This document shows positions 30,257 through 40,123 of a stretch of DNA of 64,000 bases, piece by piece. The notes beneath the pieces are model-generated. The model did no database searches and was not told the origin of the DNA. It saw only the letters and a program-made list of their open reading frames with translations. Both the position numbers and the translations under genes were made by a program. The stretch is taken from assembly GCA_965206695.1 (NCBI GenBank), contig CBDBKM010000005.1, forward strand, positions 1 to 64,000, given 5' to 3'. Position 1 is the stretch's first letter. Each line of letters starts with the position of its first letter. Source of the stretch: Chlamydiales bacterium (GTDB taxonomy: Bacteria; Chlamydiota; Chlamydiia; Chlamydiales; JAAZZY01).

Positions 30257-30802
30257 CTACCCATCCAGTCGCTGCAAGTACATACACTCCCCATTGTAAA
30301 AAGGAAGTCCGGCAAACGGAAATTTTCCGGGATCTTTTATGCCTCGACTAGTTTCTGATGCAATTTCAGTGAACATTTTATCGAAAACAGCGCCTTCAGA
30401 TTCTCGATTTCTGACAACAAAAGAAGTATATCTATCGAGCGTGGCGGTTTCATAATTTCTCATGATTGTATCGTAATACTTTGATTTGTCTACTACATAT
30501 TTCAAAAAATCCGTTAAAGGCTTTTCAGGGATACTGAGACCTAATTCTTCAAGTTGTTTTGTTACATATACCTTTCGATCTTTGCATTCACTATATTCAT
30601 CCAAATGATTTAAAGATTTCAGCTGAATACATTTTGTTGTTATTTCTTCAAATTGTTTTACCAAAGATGCCCTCTAAATAGAAGGATGATAGCCTTCAGC
30701 TATATAGTCATGTTGAAAAAAAGATGGTAATAGATCTTGTATTGGATAACCTTCAAAAAAATCAGGAGTAAAATATTCGTAGTAATCTACCTGTACTTTC
30801 AT
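30257..30802 (-). pseudogene. Degraded hypothetical gene abutting the IS605 right end
   Basis: The frame of ORF 30257-30664 continues upstream through one TAG (30674-30676) to an ATG at 30802 and the IS junction. Confidence 0.4.
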
Positions 30803-30902
30803 TTGTGGACTTGTTTGACAGCTCCCAACCCTAAAGGGAAGGGATTCCTAATTCATCGACCACTGCTAACAAACAAGCTAGTCTAACATGATCTCCAAAG
30901 GC

Positions 30903-32943
30903 TTAAATTACCGACTGCCCTGCGGTATCGATATTAATAGATGCATTAAGATCTCTATCGTGTGTTACTTTGCAGTTTGGACACTGCCAACTTCTCACAC
31001 TTAAATCTAAAATTTCTATTTGGTACCGGCAGGCAGAGCATAGTTTTGAACCGGCAAAAAATTGATCTAATTCCACTATATAGTATTTTAATTTTTATTT
31101 GATAATATGTTATCCTTCTTTTTTTATACAAACAGTAAGGACAAAACAATGCCTAGAGCCTATTCAGTAGATCTTCGAGAGAAAGTATTACAACATATAG
31201 AAAAACATCATGATAAAAAAACAGCCGGCCATATTTTTCAAGTAGATATCGCAACAATATATCGATGGAACTTGCAAAAAAAGCAAAAAGGACATTTAAA
31301 GCCAATCCGCAGAAAATATGCTTATAAGAAATTAGATGATGAGTTGTTATCTAAATATGTAGAAAAACATCCGGATTATTTTTTATCGGAAATTGCTGAT
31401 TATTTTTCAGTCACTCCGCAAACGATTTTTTATGCCCTTAAAAGATTAAAAATTACACGAAAAAAAAAACTACTCGCTATAAGGAAAGAGATGAAAAGAA
31501 ACGGGAAGCTTTTATGAAAGATTTAAAAAATATTCCCTTTGACAAGAGAATTTATCTCGATGAAACCGGGATTCATCAATTTTTATTTCGTGAGTCCGGA
31601 AGAAGCTTACGCGGCAAAAGAGTTTTTGGAGCGGTTTCAGGAAACCGCTTTATAAGGCAAAATATTATTTCAGCCCTATCTAAAGGGCAGTTTTTATCTC
31701 CAATGTGTTTTGAAGGTACTTGTAATACCGGGTTATTCAATATTTGGCTTAAGGAAGTTTTGACTCCTCAGCTTACACCCGGTAGTGTTCTTATTCTTGA
31801 CAATGCCGGTTTTCACAAGTCAGCGGAAAGCAGGAAAACAGTAGAATCTGCCGGTTGTAAGCTTATGTTTCTTCCTCCATATTCTCCGGACTTAAATCCT
31901 ATAGAAAAATATTGGGCTAATATGAAAAATAAAGTTAGAGAGATATTACGAAAAGTTACGAATTTTAAATTCGCCATTGATCAAGCAATCTTATCAATGT
32001 AAAATTAAATGACTATATTTCTTCCGTACCATTCACACTTATACTTTAAAAATGTTAAAAACCGGCTCCATCCTACATCCGATATATGCTTGGAAAGTTT
32101 TTTATTTTTTAACATCTTATTAATATTTAACCCTTCTATCGTGATCGTTTGGTTTTCACGAGCCAACTTTGTAGAAAGTTTATGATGAAAGTCCTGCCTT
32201 ATATTTTTTATCTTCGAATGTATCGAAGCCACCGATCTTCTTTTTTTGAGTCTGTTTTTACCTTTGACTTTAGCTTTGCTAAGAGAACGTTGTTTTCTTT
32301 TTAGTCTTTTCTTATGAAATCTAAAAGGTTTAGGTGCCGTAATCTTTTTCCCTGTAGAAAGAGTTGCGAATGTCGTTAATCCTAAATCTATACCGACAGA
32401 ATTATTTCTCTTCTCAAAAGGGATCACTTCTTCTTCTACTAATAGGCTCACAAAATACCTGTCACAAGAGTCTTTTGTGATTGTTATACCTGTTGGTGTA
32501 CCTAAAAAACACCTTGACCAATGTATTTTTAATCTATCTTTAGATTTTGCAATCTTAAGATTAACCCCATCCCAACTAAATGCTGACTTAGTTAATCGTA
32601 TTGCCTGCGTACTGTGTTTGTTTTTAAAGCGAGGGAAATTTGACCTTTTTTTAAAAAAGTTTAAAAAAGCTCTATCAAGATCTCTAAGACTTTGTTGCAG
32701 ACAAACAGAAGAAACTTCGTTTAACCAAAGAAACTCTTTGTTTTGCTTAAGACTTATCAAGAATGCCGATGTTTTAGAATAACTTACATTCTCTTTGTAT
32801 TCCTGATATTTCTTGATCTTAAAGTTTAAAGCTTGATTATATACAACTCCGGAACATCCAAAGCTTTTTGCAAGCAACCCCTTTTGTTGTTTCGTTGGAT
32901 AGAATCTAAATTTATATGCTTTTTTGATCATCATGTATTGCAT
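30903..32943 (-). pseudogene. tnpB: TnpB RNA-guided nuclease interrupted by IS630
   Basis: KAYKFRFYPT, GIDLGL and TIEGL before the insertion; after removing IS630 it continues ELDQFFAGSKLCSAC...WQCPNC...HDRDLNASINI...* at 30903. Confidence 0.92.
31081..32015 (+). mobile_element. IS630-family element, copy 1 (intact; -1 frameshift at A10)
   Basis: Ends TAGTATTTTAATTTT / AAAATTAAATGACTA with TA duplication; ATG 31149 MPRAYSVDLR; YLDETG, LDNAGFH and LPPYSPDLNPIE. Confidence 0.95.
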
Positions 32944-32972
32944 TATATGTTCGGTATATATACATTGCCTAT

Positions 32973-33368
32973 ATGGAAAGATGGAAAACCTCTAAAACAG
33001 CAGTTTTTAACCTTAGTTACCACGTTATTTGGTGTCCTAAATATAGGAGAAAGGTTCTTGAAGGTGATATTGTTGTTCGTTTAAAGGAATTATTAGAATT
33101 AAAAGCTCTACAACTAAATATAGAGATTAACGAACTGAATATTATGCCTGATCACGTACATATTTTTTTAAATACCAAGCCTATATATTCACCACAATTT
33201 TTCATAGGACAACTTAAGGGATATACAAGCCGAATATTAAGGCAAGAATTTTCAAGCTTAAGATCTAGATTACCCACACTGTGGACACGGTCTTATTATG
33301 TTGATAGTGTTGGAAAATTAAATGAATATACAATCAGAAAGTATATACAGAATCAAAAAAACAAATAG
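32973..33368 (+). CDS. tnpA: Y1 HUH transposase
   Basis: YHVIWCPKYRR, MPDHVH (HUH), LWTRSYY and YIQNQ motifs. Confidence 0.95.
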   Translation: MERWKTSKTAVFNLSYHVIWCPKYRRKVLEGDIVVRLKELLELKALQLNIEINELNIMPDHVHIFLNTKPIYSPQFFIGQLKGYTSRILRQEFSSLRSRLPTLWTRSYYVDSVGKLNEYTIRKYIQNQKNK

Positions 33369-33809
33369 ACACTTTCATCCCACCCTTAAAAAGGTGGGTT
33401 TTCTCGTTTAATTGTCATAAATTCAAAAAAACAGTAATGATTTCATTTTTTTTAAGAAAGCAAAATTATGCTAATCTAATATTTACAATCTATTTCCCTT
33501 GAATTTTTCTTGATCTGACATTTCACTCTCTGCTATTTTTTCCAAACTTAAATTATAAATCTATCATCAAAAGAGTCTATACTTATCACATTGGAAACCG
33601 GACAGAATTGAGTTCCGGCACTTGAAATGTATCATTCAATTGTTCTACAAGCCTCTAAAATGATAAAATATATTCTTTATTTAACTTAAAAAACAATAAA
33701 ATTATTTATAAATTTCTTCATTTAGATAATTGACGATTTTTTTACTTTAATTAATTGTTGTTTTTTATTATAATTGCTTTTAGATTAAACTTCAATATAT
33801 AGTGATATT

Positions 33810-34991
33810 ATGACAATTTATTCTTTAGATAATAAACCAATAGATCTGAGTTTTGCTGATAATGTTCGTGACAACACCATTCAAGAAACAAAAAATATAG
33901 GAAACGGAAGACATATAGAAAACGGAAGACATATAGAAAACGGAAGACTTATTGATAACCTGTTTTCTATTCCATCTGATTATGTACCAACCACATTAGC
34001 TGTTCCGTCGGCCCTCGGGTCGCCGGGTCGGCATGTTTTTAAACAGGGCGGGGATTCGGTATATGTAAAAAATCAAACGATTTATATTTCAAATAAATAT
34101 TTGAAAGATAACGACCTACTACACCATAAAAAAGAGACTATAACACCTTTTCATTCCTTACCCGTAAGTCCTGCGAGATCAACAAAAGATGAAGGTATTC
34201 CAACTTGGAAAAAAGTTGCCTATGGAATAAGTGCTATTGCTACGGCTGCATTAATTGCTTATGGTGGGTACCATTCAATTTCTTATATGTTGACACCTGA
34301 ATATTCTGATATACCTACATTAGATATTTCGAAAATACCTTTAGACGGATATAAGAGATCTTGTGATTTTATTTCACAAACCTCTCAATATTCTAAATCC
34401 AAAATTTTACAAAGCATACGAGCTGAAATGAATAAAGATGAACCTCGTATGGACCTATTACAATCATGTACGAACAATGGTTGGGCCTCTAAACCTACGT
34501 CAGAAAAGGAGGGATGTAATCCTCGTAGTACCACAGGTGAATATCACTATCACGTCTTTGAGCCTTGTACGAGAAGAAGCTATGGTCGTTCTCACAGTTC
34601 CGTATCCTTCTCTAAGAGAAATCCACAAACACTTATTTATGAGACAGGTAATCATTATGATAGCCCAACATGTCTCCCTCGATTCGTTGCAGTTAACTGT
34701 GATCTTTCTGATAATAATTTGATAAACTGTGAAGGAAAGACCAAAGAAGGCGAAAGTTATAAGAAAGTTTTAGAGTTTTCTTTTCAAGAAACCTTTAAAA
34801 GTAATAATAGATCATCTATTACTGAACATATTGTTTCAAATTCTGATGAGGTTAAAAGAACATATCTTTTAGAAGAAGGTAAACCCCCTTGGTTTTTAAA
34901 TAGTCTATTGAATGAGAAAATATTTTATCAATCCGAAGCGGATGGTAGTTGCAAAAGATTGCCTATCCATTTTCGAAACAGCTTAAAGTAA
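33810..34991 (+). CDS. Orphan single-pass membrane protein with Cys-rich C-terminal region
   Basis: 393-aa ORF; TM segment VAYGISAIATAALIAYGGY; eight Cys after the TM. Confidence 0.7.
   Translation: MTIYSLDNKPIDLSFADNVRDNTIQETKNIGNGRHIENGRHIENGRLIDNLFSIPSDYVPTTLAVPSALGSPGRHVFKQGGDSVYVKNQTIYISNKYLKDNDLLHHKKETITPFHSLPVSPARSTKDEGIPTWKKVAYGISAIATAALIAYGGYHSISYMLTPEYSDIPTLDISKIPLDGYKRSCDFISQTSQYSKSKILQSIRAEMNKDEPRMDLLQSCTNNGWASKPTSEKEGCNPRSTTGEYHYHVFEPCTRRSYGRSHSSVSFSKRNPQTLIYETGNHYDSPTCLPRFVAVNCDLSDNNLINCEGKTKEGESYKKVLEFSFQETFKSNNRSSITEHIVSNSDEVKRTYLLEEGKPPWFLNSLLNEKIFYQSEADGSCKRLPIHFRNSLK
33895..33948 (+). repeat. Three 18-bp in-frame tandem repeats (IENGRH)
   Basis: ATATAG(G/A)AAACGGAAGAC three times. 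Confidence 0.9.
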
Positions 34992-35002
34992 AAGTATTTT
35001 AC

Positions 35003-35295
35003 GACAATTAAGCGAGACAATCCTTTTTTTTAACATTGGGATGAGAGTGTCTCGATTAAAGTGTTGTTTCGTATTCGTGTTAATATATTTTGTATACTAT
35101 CCCTATCTTTTAGAGCTACTTTAGGACAGTCGATAAGTTAAACCTTTGGAGATCATGTCAAACTCGGGAGGGCATGAGTTGGTTGAAGACCGTAAAAATT
35201 TCTTTGAGGAATTTTTATTGCAAAAACCAAATGTTGTTCCCGGGATAGTGATCGTTGAATAAGGCATCCCTTCCCTTGTGGGTAAGGACGAATAC
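35003..35295 (+). mobile_element. Non-autonomous IS200/IS605 derivative (PATE/MITE), degenerate right end
   Basis: TTTAC|GACAATTAAGCGAG; the first ~115 nt match the reverse complement of 49450-49565; then CAGTCGATAAGTTAAACCTTTGGAGATCATG and GATCGTTGAATAAGGCATCCCTTCCC match the IS605 right-end region. End coordinate approximate. Confidence 0.78.
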
Positions 35296-35395
35296 CCTCT
35301 TTAAGCGGGTATCACCTTTATCTATTTTATTTAAAAAGCTTAAAAATGAAAAAAAGATTCGATACTATCTACCATAGAGTTAACAGCCCTCTTAT

Positions 35396-35986
35396 CTAGG
35401 GTAAATCTTCGGGCAACCCTTCCATGCCAAGCTCTAACCGAACTCCAAAAGAATTATTCATACTAGCCAACATAAAATACTGAGAAACCAGTGTAATAAT
35501 ATCAACTATTTGATGCTCATCTAAATAACGTATTAAATTTTGCCATAACTCTTGAGAAATATTACACATTTGCATCAGTTCATCTACAGCTTGTAAAATG
35601 GCCAAATCTAATTCTTGCCATTGGTCGTCCAAGCGTCTTAAACAAAGTCGTTCTGCTTCATCTTCAGTAAAACCGGCACTTATTGCAATAGGTAGATTAT
35701 GGCCCCACACATAATCAGCTTTTTTCAAATATGCGATTCGCAATATAATCATTTCTTGAATTCTTAGATCTAATTTTACATGCAATTTAGAGGCTATCCA
35801 CCATTCAAGAAAAGGTCCAAAATATTCCGAACTTTTAGCTAGCGTACCTAATATATTTACAGGAGCAAATTTTCCTTTAAGACCTTCTTCCGGGAGTTTT
35901 TTAAGTATTTCAAACCACTCCTCTTTGAAAGTATCAAGCAACAACGGCTTACTACGCTGACTATTCGCTTCCATTGGCTTTCTCAT
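35396..35986 (-). CDS. Carboxymuconolactone decarboxylase/AhpD-like protein
   Basis: EMIILRIA...YVWGH, LQAVDEL and NNSFGV pattern. Confidence 0.75.
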   Translation of the reverse strand: MRKPMEANSQRSKPLLLDTFKEEWFEILKKLPEEGLKGKFAPVNILGTLAKSSEYFGPFLEWWIASKLHVKLDLRIQEMIILRIAYLKKADYVWGHNLPIAISAGFTEDEAERLCLRRLDDQWQELDLAILQAVDELMQMCNISQELWQNLIRYLDEHQIVDIITLVSQYFMLASMNNSFGVRLELGMEGLPEDLP

Positions 35987-36352
35987 TACTATAAAACCTC
36001 TTTTTTGATATTACTTTGTATTTATATTATAATATTCAACATTATTTTCTTAATTAATGCCTAATAAAATCGATCTATTCTTCTCTTCTTTTCTGAACGG
36101 TAAGGAGGACATTGATGTCTATTTATTGCAAAAAAAGTACGCTGTCATACTAAGATATTGAACAAAATATTCTACCTTATTATGGAGAACATTTCAACCT
36201 AAAGACATTTTTGAAACCGTAAAGCACTAGACTTCTTTCGAAATAAAATTTTTGATTATAGTAACCTACTTTAAAAGTAGGTTTGTACCATGAAATTTAA
36301 TTTCGAAAGAAGTCGAATGAAAAAAATCATTTCTTCCTTTTAAAAAACTAAT

Positions 36353-37522
36353 ATGAGCATACCTGAGACACCTGCACCGAAAAATAAAAAGCGAATGATT
36401 TGGATTAGTGCCTTCTGCTTTATTATTGTTATTATCGCAGTCCTAACCTTTTTTTATTGGCTTTTTGTATGGCGCCATGAAGTCTATACAACAGATGCTT
36501 ATGTTTCAGGAAATCTTGTTAACCTTAATTCTCAAGTCTCAGGTATCGTCTCTTCCATCAATATTATTGATACCGATTATGTTGAGAAAGGACAAATTCT
36601 TGTTGAGTTAGACACAACTGATTTAACCCTTACCTTCGAAACAAATTGTCAGATGCTAGCCGGAAATGTTCGCCTAGTTGTTCAAATGTTTGATGACGTA
36701 GTAGAATTAGAAGCACAAATCGTTGTTAATAAAGCCGAGGTCATCAAAACCTAACTCGATTACGAACATAGAACAGCACTTGTAAAATCCGGCAGTGTTT
36801 CCATCTAAGATTTCGAACATTCAGAAACAGGTTTTTTATCTGCCGGAGCTACTTTAGATGTCACCTTAGCTCAACTTCAAAAAGCTAAAGCTATGGTCTA
36901 CAATACAACGGTAGAAACCCATCCTCTTGTTGAAAAGTCCATATCATTAGTAAAAGAGGCTTGGGTAAATCTTAAACGTTGTAAAATTATTGCTCCAACA
37001 GATGGGTATATCGCACAAAGATCCGTCTAATTAGGCGAATGGGTAACACCTGAGGATCCCCTGTTATCGGTTGTACCTTTAAGTGAAATTTGGATTGATG
37101 CGAACTATAAAGAAACACAGTTATCTAAAGTTAGAATAGGACAACCCGTTAGGGTTCGGTCAGATTTTTACGGCGGTGAAGTTATTTTTCATGGAAAAGT
37201 GGTTGGCATAAGAGCCGGAACGGGTAGTGTCTTTTCAATCCTTCCTCCGAAAAATGCAACAGATAATTGGATTAAGATCGTTCAACGTCTACCCGTTCGA
37301 GTAGCGTTAGAACCTGAATTTTTCAAAAAATATTCTCTTCGAGTCGGGCTTTCTTTAAATGTGACTATCGATATCAGAGATACCTCAGGTGAGATGCTAA
37401 CCAAACCTAAAATTCTTAAACCTGTTTATCAAACGCATGTATATGCAGATCAAGAAGTGGGTGTCTTAAGTATTATTAGATCCATTATCTATGCAAATAA
37501 AGCTCACCCCGGCTTACCGTGA
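36353..37522 (+). pseudogene. emrA: EmrA-type membrane fusion protein with three in-frame TAA stops
   Basis: TTDAYVSG, WIDANYKET and NWIKIVQRLPVR in one frame; TAA at 36752, 36806 and 37028. Confidence 0.88.
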
Positions 37523-38016
37523 GTGAATCCGGAACAAATAACTGCCTTTGCGGGCATAAGCTAATTTTTGTCTCTCTCGGTCTTGCTTTATGTATTGTCA
37601 TGCCCGCCTTAGACTTTACCATTACGATTGTTTCCCTTCCTTATATTTCCGGTGGTTTAGGAGTTAATACGTTTCAAGGGACATGGTTAGTCACAACATT
37701 TACTCTTGGCAATGCGGTAACTCTATTGATGAGCCCTTGGCTTACAAAACGTTTTGGTTCTGTTAAAGTTCTTTTAACGTCTTTGATTTCATTCATCTTC
37801 TTTTCCTTTTGTTGCGGAGCTGCTCCCACTTTTATTTTCTTATTAGTCGCTCGTGTATTGCAAGGATTAGCAGCAGGGCCTATCATCCCTATCGCACACA
37901 ATCTACTTGTCGCCTATTCACCTCCTAAACGTAAAGATAAATTAAAAAGAGGTTTAGCAGTATTGGCCTTTGCAACTGAAGTTACAAAACCATCCATAAC
38001 AGTAAACCATTTATAA
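37519..38016 (+). pseudogene. emrB: Truncated EmrB-type DHA2 MFS transporter
   Basis: LDFTITIVSLP, GTWLVT, WLTKRFG and RVLQG; ends after about 165 aa versus about 500 expected. Confidence 0.85.
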
Positions 38017-38081
38017 TTAAATTGTAATAAATCAAGTTAATTGTAACCTAGAATAAACAACCGGTTAAATTTAGTTTAATA

Positions 38082-38261
38082 GGCCTGTTTCGATCTAAGT
38101 GGTTTTTAGGCATAAGAGGTCTTAAAAAAGAGGATACGGCTTTAGCGGGTTATTTGTAAGTGATTTTAAGTTTATCTTAGTGGTTTGCTGTGGCGAGTCG
38201 GAAAATTTGACAGAATATAGGCATAGCTATACTTAGAAATTTAGCAGGATCGCAACACGCC
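38082..38261. mobile_element. Candidate 180-bp MITE with 14-bp imperfect terminal inverted repeats
   Basis: GGCCTGTTTCGATC ... GATCGCAACACGCC (12/14 complementary); no credible ORF inside. Confidence 0.5.
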
Positions 38262-38340
38262 CGGAAGGATGGGTTCTTCTTGCAATTTATGTAACTTGTT
38301 ATTAATATTTTAGCTTTAATTGAATCAATATGGCTTGTAA

Positions 38341-38643
38341 ATGAGCAATCTAGACGAAGATATAATAGCAAATTTAAGTAAACTCTCCAAAATTGCATGC
38401 TCTAAAGCAGAAAGGCAAGAACTCGTAAAAGACCTAAAACATATTTTAGATTATGTCGAACAATTACAAGAAGTTGATACTGAAGGAGTGTTGCCTTGCT
38501 GTTATGTCTTAGCAAACCATAAACATCTTATGCGAGATGACACTGTTGGGGAACTCTTACCAAGAGACACGTTTATTGCTAATACCCCTGATCATATTGG
38601 TGGAATGACAAAAGTACCCATTATTCTAAAAAAATTAAGCTAA
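38341..38643 (+). CDS. gatC: Asp/Glu-tRNA amidotransferase subunit C
   Basis: ILDYVEQLQEVDTEGV and MRDD motifs; synteny. Confidence 0.93.
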   Translation: MSNLDEDIIANLSKLSKIACSKAERQELVKDLKHILDYVEQLQEVDTEGVLPCCYVLANHKHLMRDDTVGELLPRDTFIANTPDHIGGMTKVPIILKKLS

Positions 38644-38659
38644 TCTCCAAGGTTGATCT

Positions 38660-40117
38660 ATGTTTAAATTATCCGCACTGGAAATTCGAGATGCATTTAT
38701 AAATGGAGAGGCCAGTGCTGTATCGATTGCCGAATACTTTTTAAAACGTATCGATACCCATAATGAAAAACTGGGAGCCTTTTTAAATGTTTTAACAAAT
38801 CGCACTCTTGAAAAAGCAAAAGAAATTGATGAAAAAAGGCGGCTGGGAAAACCTATTGGTCGTTTGGCCTGCATTCCAATAGCTATAAAAGATAATATAC
38901 ATATTAAAGGAGAAATCACAACGTGTGCTTCGAAGTTTTTAACTAATTATCGGGCCGTATTCGATGCTACTGTTGTTAAACTTTTAGAAGAAGAAGATGC
39001 TTTATTAATTGGCAAAACGAATATGGATGAATTTGCCATGGGAGGATCTACCGAACACTCAGCTTTACTTCAAACGCATAACCCATGGAATTTAGCTTGT
39101 GTACCCGGAGGTTCCTCCGGTGGATCTGCTGCTGCTGTAGCAGCTCGATTATGTCCTTTAGGTTTAGGAAGTGATACCGGTGGATCTGTTCGACAACCCG
39201 CTTCATTTTGTGGCCTAATAGGATTTAAACCAACTTATGGCCGTGTTTCACGTTTTGGTTTGGTTGCATTTGGATCTTCGCTAGACCAAATAGGAACATT
39301 TGCAACCAACACTACAGATTTAGCCCTTGCAATGGAAGTTTTAGGTAAACATTGCTCTCATGATGCAACAAGTGCAGAATTACCCTCTCATGCCTATTTA
39401 GGAAAAATGAAAAAAGATTTTAAGGATTCTAAAATTGGAGTGCCTTGGGCCTTTTTAGAATCTTTATCCGATGAAGTACGAACTCCCTTTGAAAATGGCT
39501 TAAAAGTTGCAGAACAATTAGGAGCTGAAATTGTTGATATCGATCTGAGTGTGCTCAAATATTCAATCGCTATTTATTATATTCTGGCAACAGCAGAAGC
39601 TTCTACTAATCTGGCCCGTTTTGATGGTGTGCGTTATGGCGTAAGACCCCCGGCAGATTCCTTAGACCAATTGTACGCCCTATCACGAAGTGAAGGGTTC
39701 GGAGCTGAAGTTAAAAGACGGATTTTATTAGGTACCTATGTTTTGTCTTCCGGTTACCAAGGCGCCTATTATATAAAAGCTCAAAAAGTTCGTACCTTAA
39801 TTATTAATAAATTTAAAGAAGCTTTTAAGCAATGTGACCTTGTGGCCATGCCGACAACTTCATCTCCGGCTTTTGAAGAAAATGCTGTTCATGATCCACT
39901 CAATATGTATCTTATGGATCTTTACACAATACCGGGTAATATGGCAGGCTTGCCATGCCTTAATATACCAATTGGTTTTAATAAAGATAACAAACCAATT
40001 GGCATGCAATTTATTGGCCCTCAGATGGAAGATGTCCGCGTCGTTAGTGCAGCCCATGCCATGGAAACAATGATACCTGTTAACCAAGAAATACCCGAAT
40101 TATTCAACAAGGAGTGA
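38660..40117 (+). CDS. gatA: Asp/Glu-tRNA amidotransferase subunit A
   Basis: Amidase signature PGGSSGGSAA and GSDTGGSVRQPA. Confidence 0.97.
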   Translation: MFKLSALEIRDAFINGEASAVSIAEYFLKRIDTHNEKLGAFLNVLTNRTLEKAKEIDEKRRLGKPIGRLACIPIAIKDNIHIKGEITTCASKFLTNYRAVFDATVVKLLEEEDALLIGKTNMDEFAMGGSTEHSALLQTHNPWNLACVPGGSSGGSAAAVAARLCPLGLGSDTGGSVRQPASFCGLIGFKPTYGRVSRFGLVAFGSSLDQIGTFATNTTDLALAMEVLGKHCSHDATSAELPSHAYLGKMKKDFKDSKIGVPWAFLESLSDEVRTPFENGLKVAEQLGAEIVDIDLSVLKYSIAIYYILATAEASTNLARFDGVRYGVRPPADSLDQLYALSRSEGFGAEVKRRILLGTYVLSSGYQGAYYIKAQKVRTLIINKFKEAFKQCDLVAMPTTSSPAFEENAVHDPLNMYLMDLYTIPGNMAGLPCLNIPIGFNKDNKPIGMQFIGPQMEDVRVVSAAHAMETMIPVNQEIPELFNKE

Positions 40118-40123
40118 TTCATA

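Larger units (their letters stand above)
30815..33416 (-). mobile_element. IS200/IS605-family element (divergent tnpA and tnpB) carrying a nested IS630
   Basis: Minus-strand left end TTTAT|GACAATTAAACGAGAAAA plus hairpin CCCACC...GGTGGG; right end GGAATCCCTTCCC...GGGAGCTGTCAA. Confidence 0.92.

Noticed and set aside
30092..30358. 88-aa plus-strand ORF
   Set aside because: TTG start, no motif, overlaps an opposite-strand ORF; cannot be supported.
7431..30814. Shared 9-mer CTACCTGTA near the right ends of two IS605-type elements
   Set aside because: Different offsets from the ends and absent at the other two elements; treated as chance.
33895..33948. Direct repeats as a CRISPR array
   Set aside because: 18-bp units with no spacers, in frame within a CDS; no cas genes in the window.
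36353..37522. Stop-codon reassignment (TAA in emrA; TGA at a likely Trp position in the AAA gene)
   Set aside because: TAA and TGA end many intact genes here, Trp is TGG elsewhere, and both loci show other signs of decay.
38177..38398. 73-aa minus-strand ORF
   Set aside because: Spans the candidate MITE and the gatC start in antisense; likely spurious.
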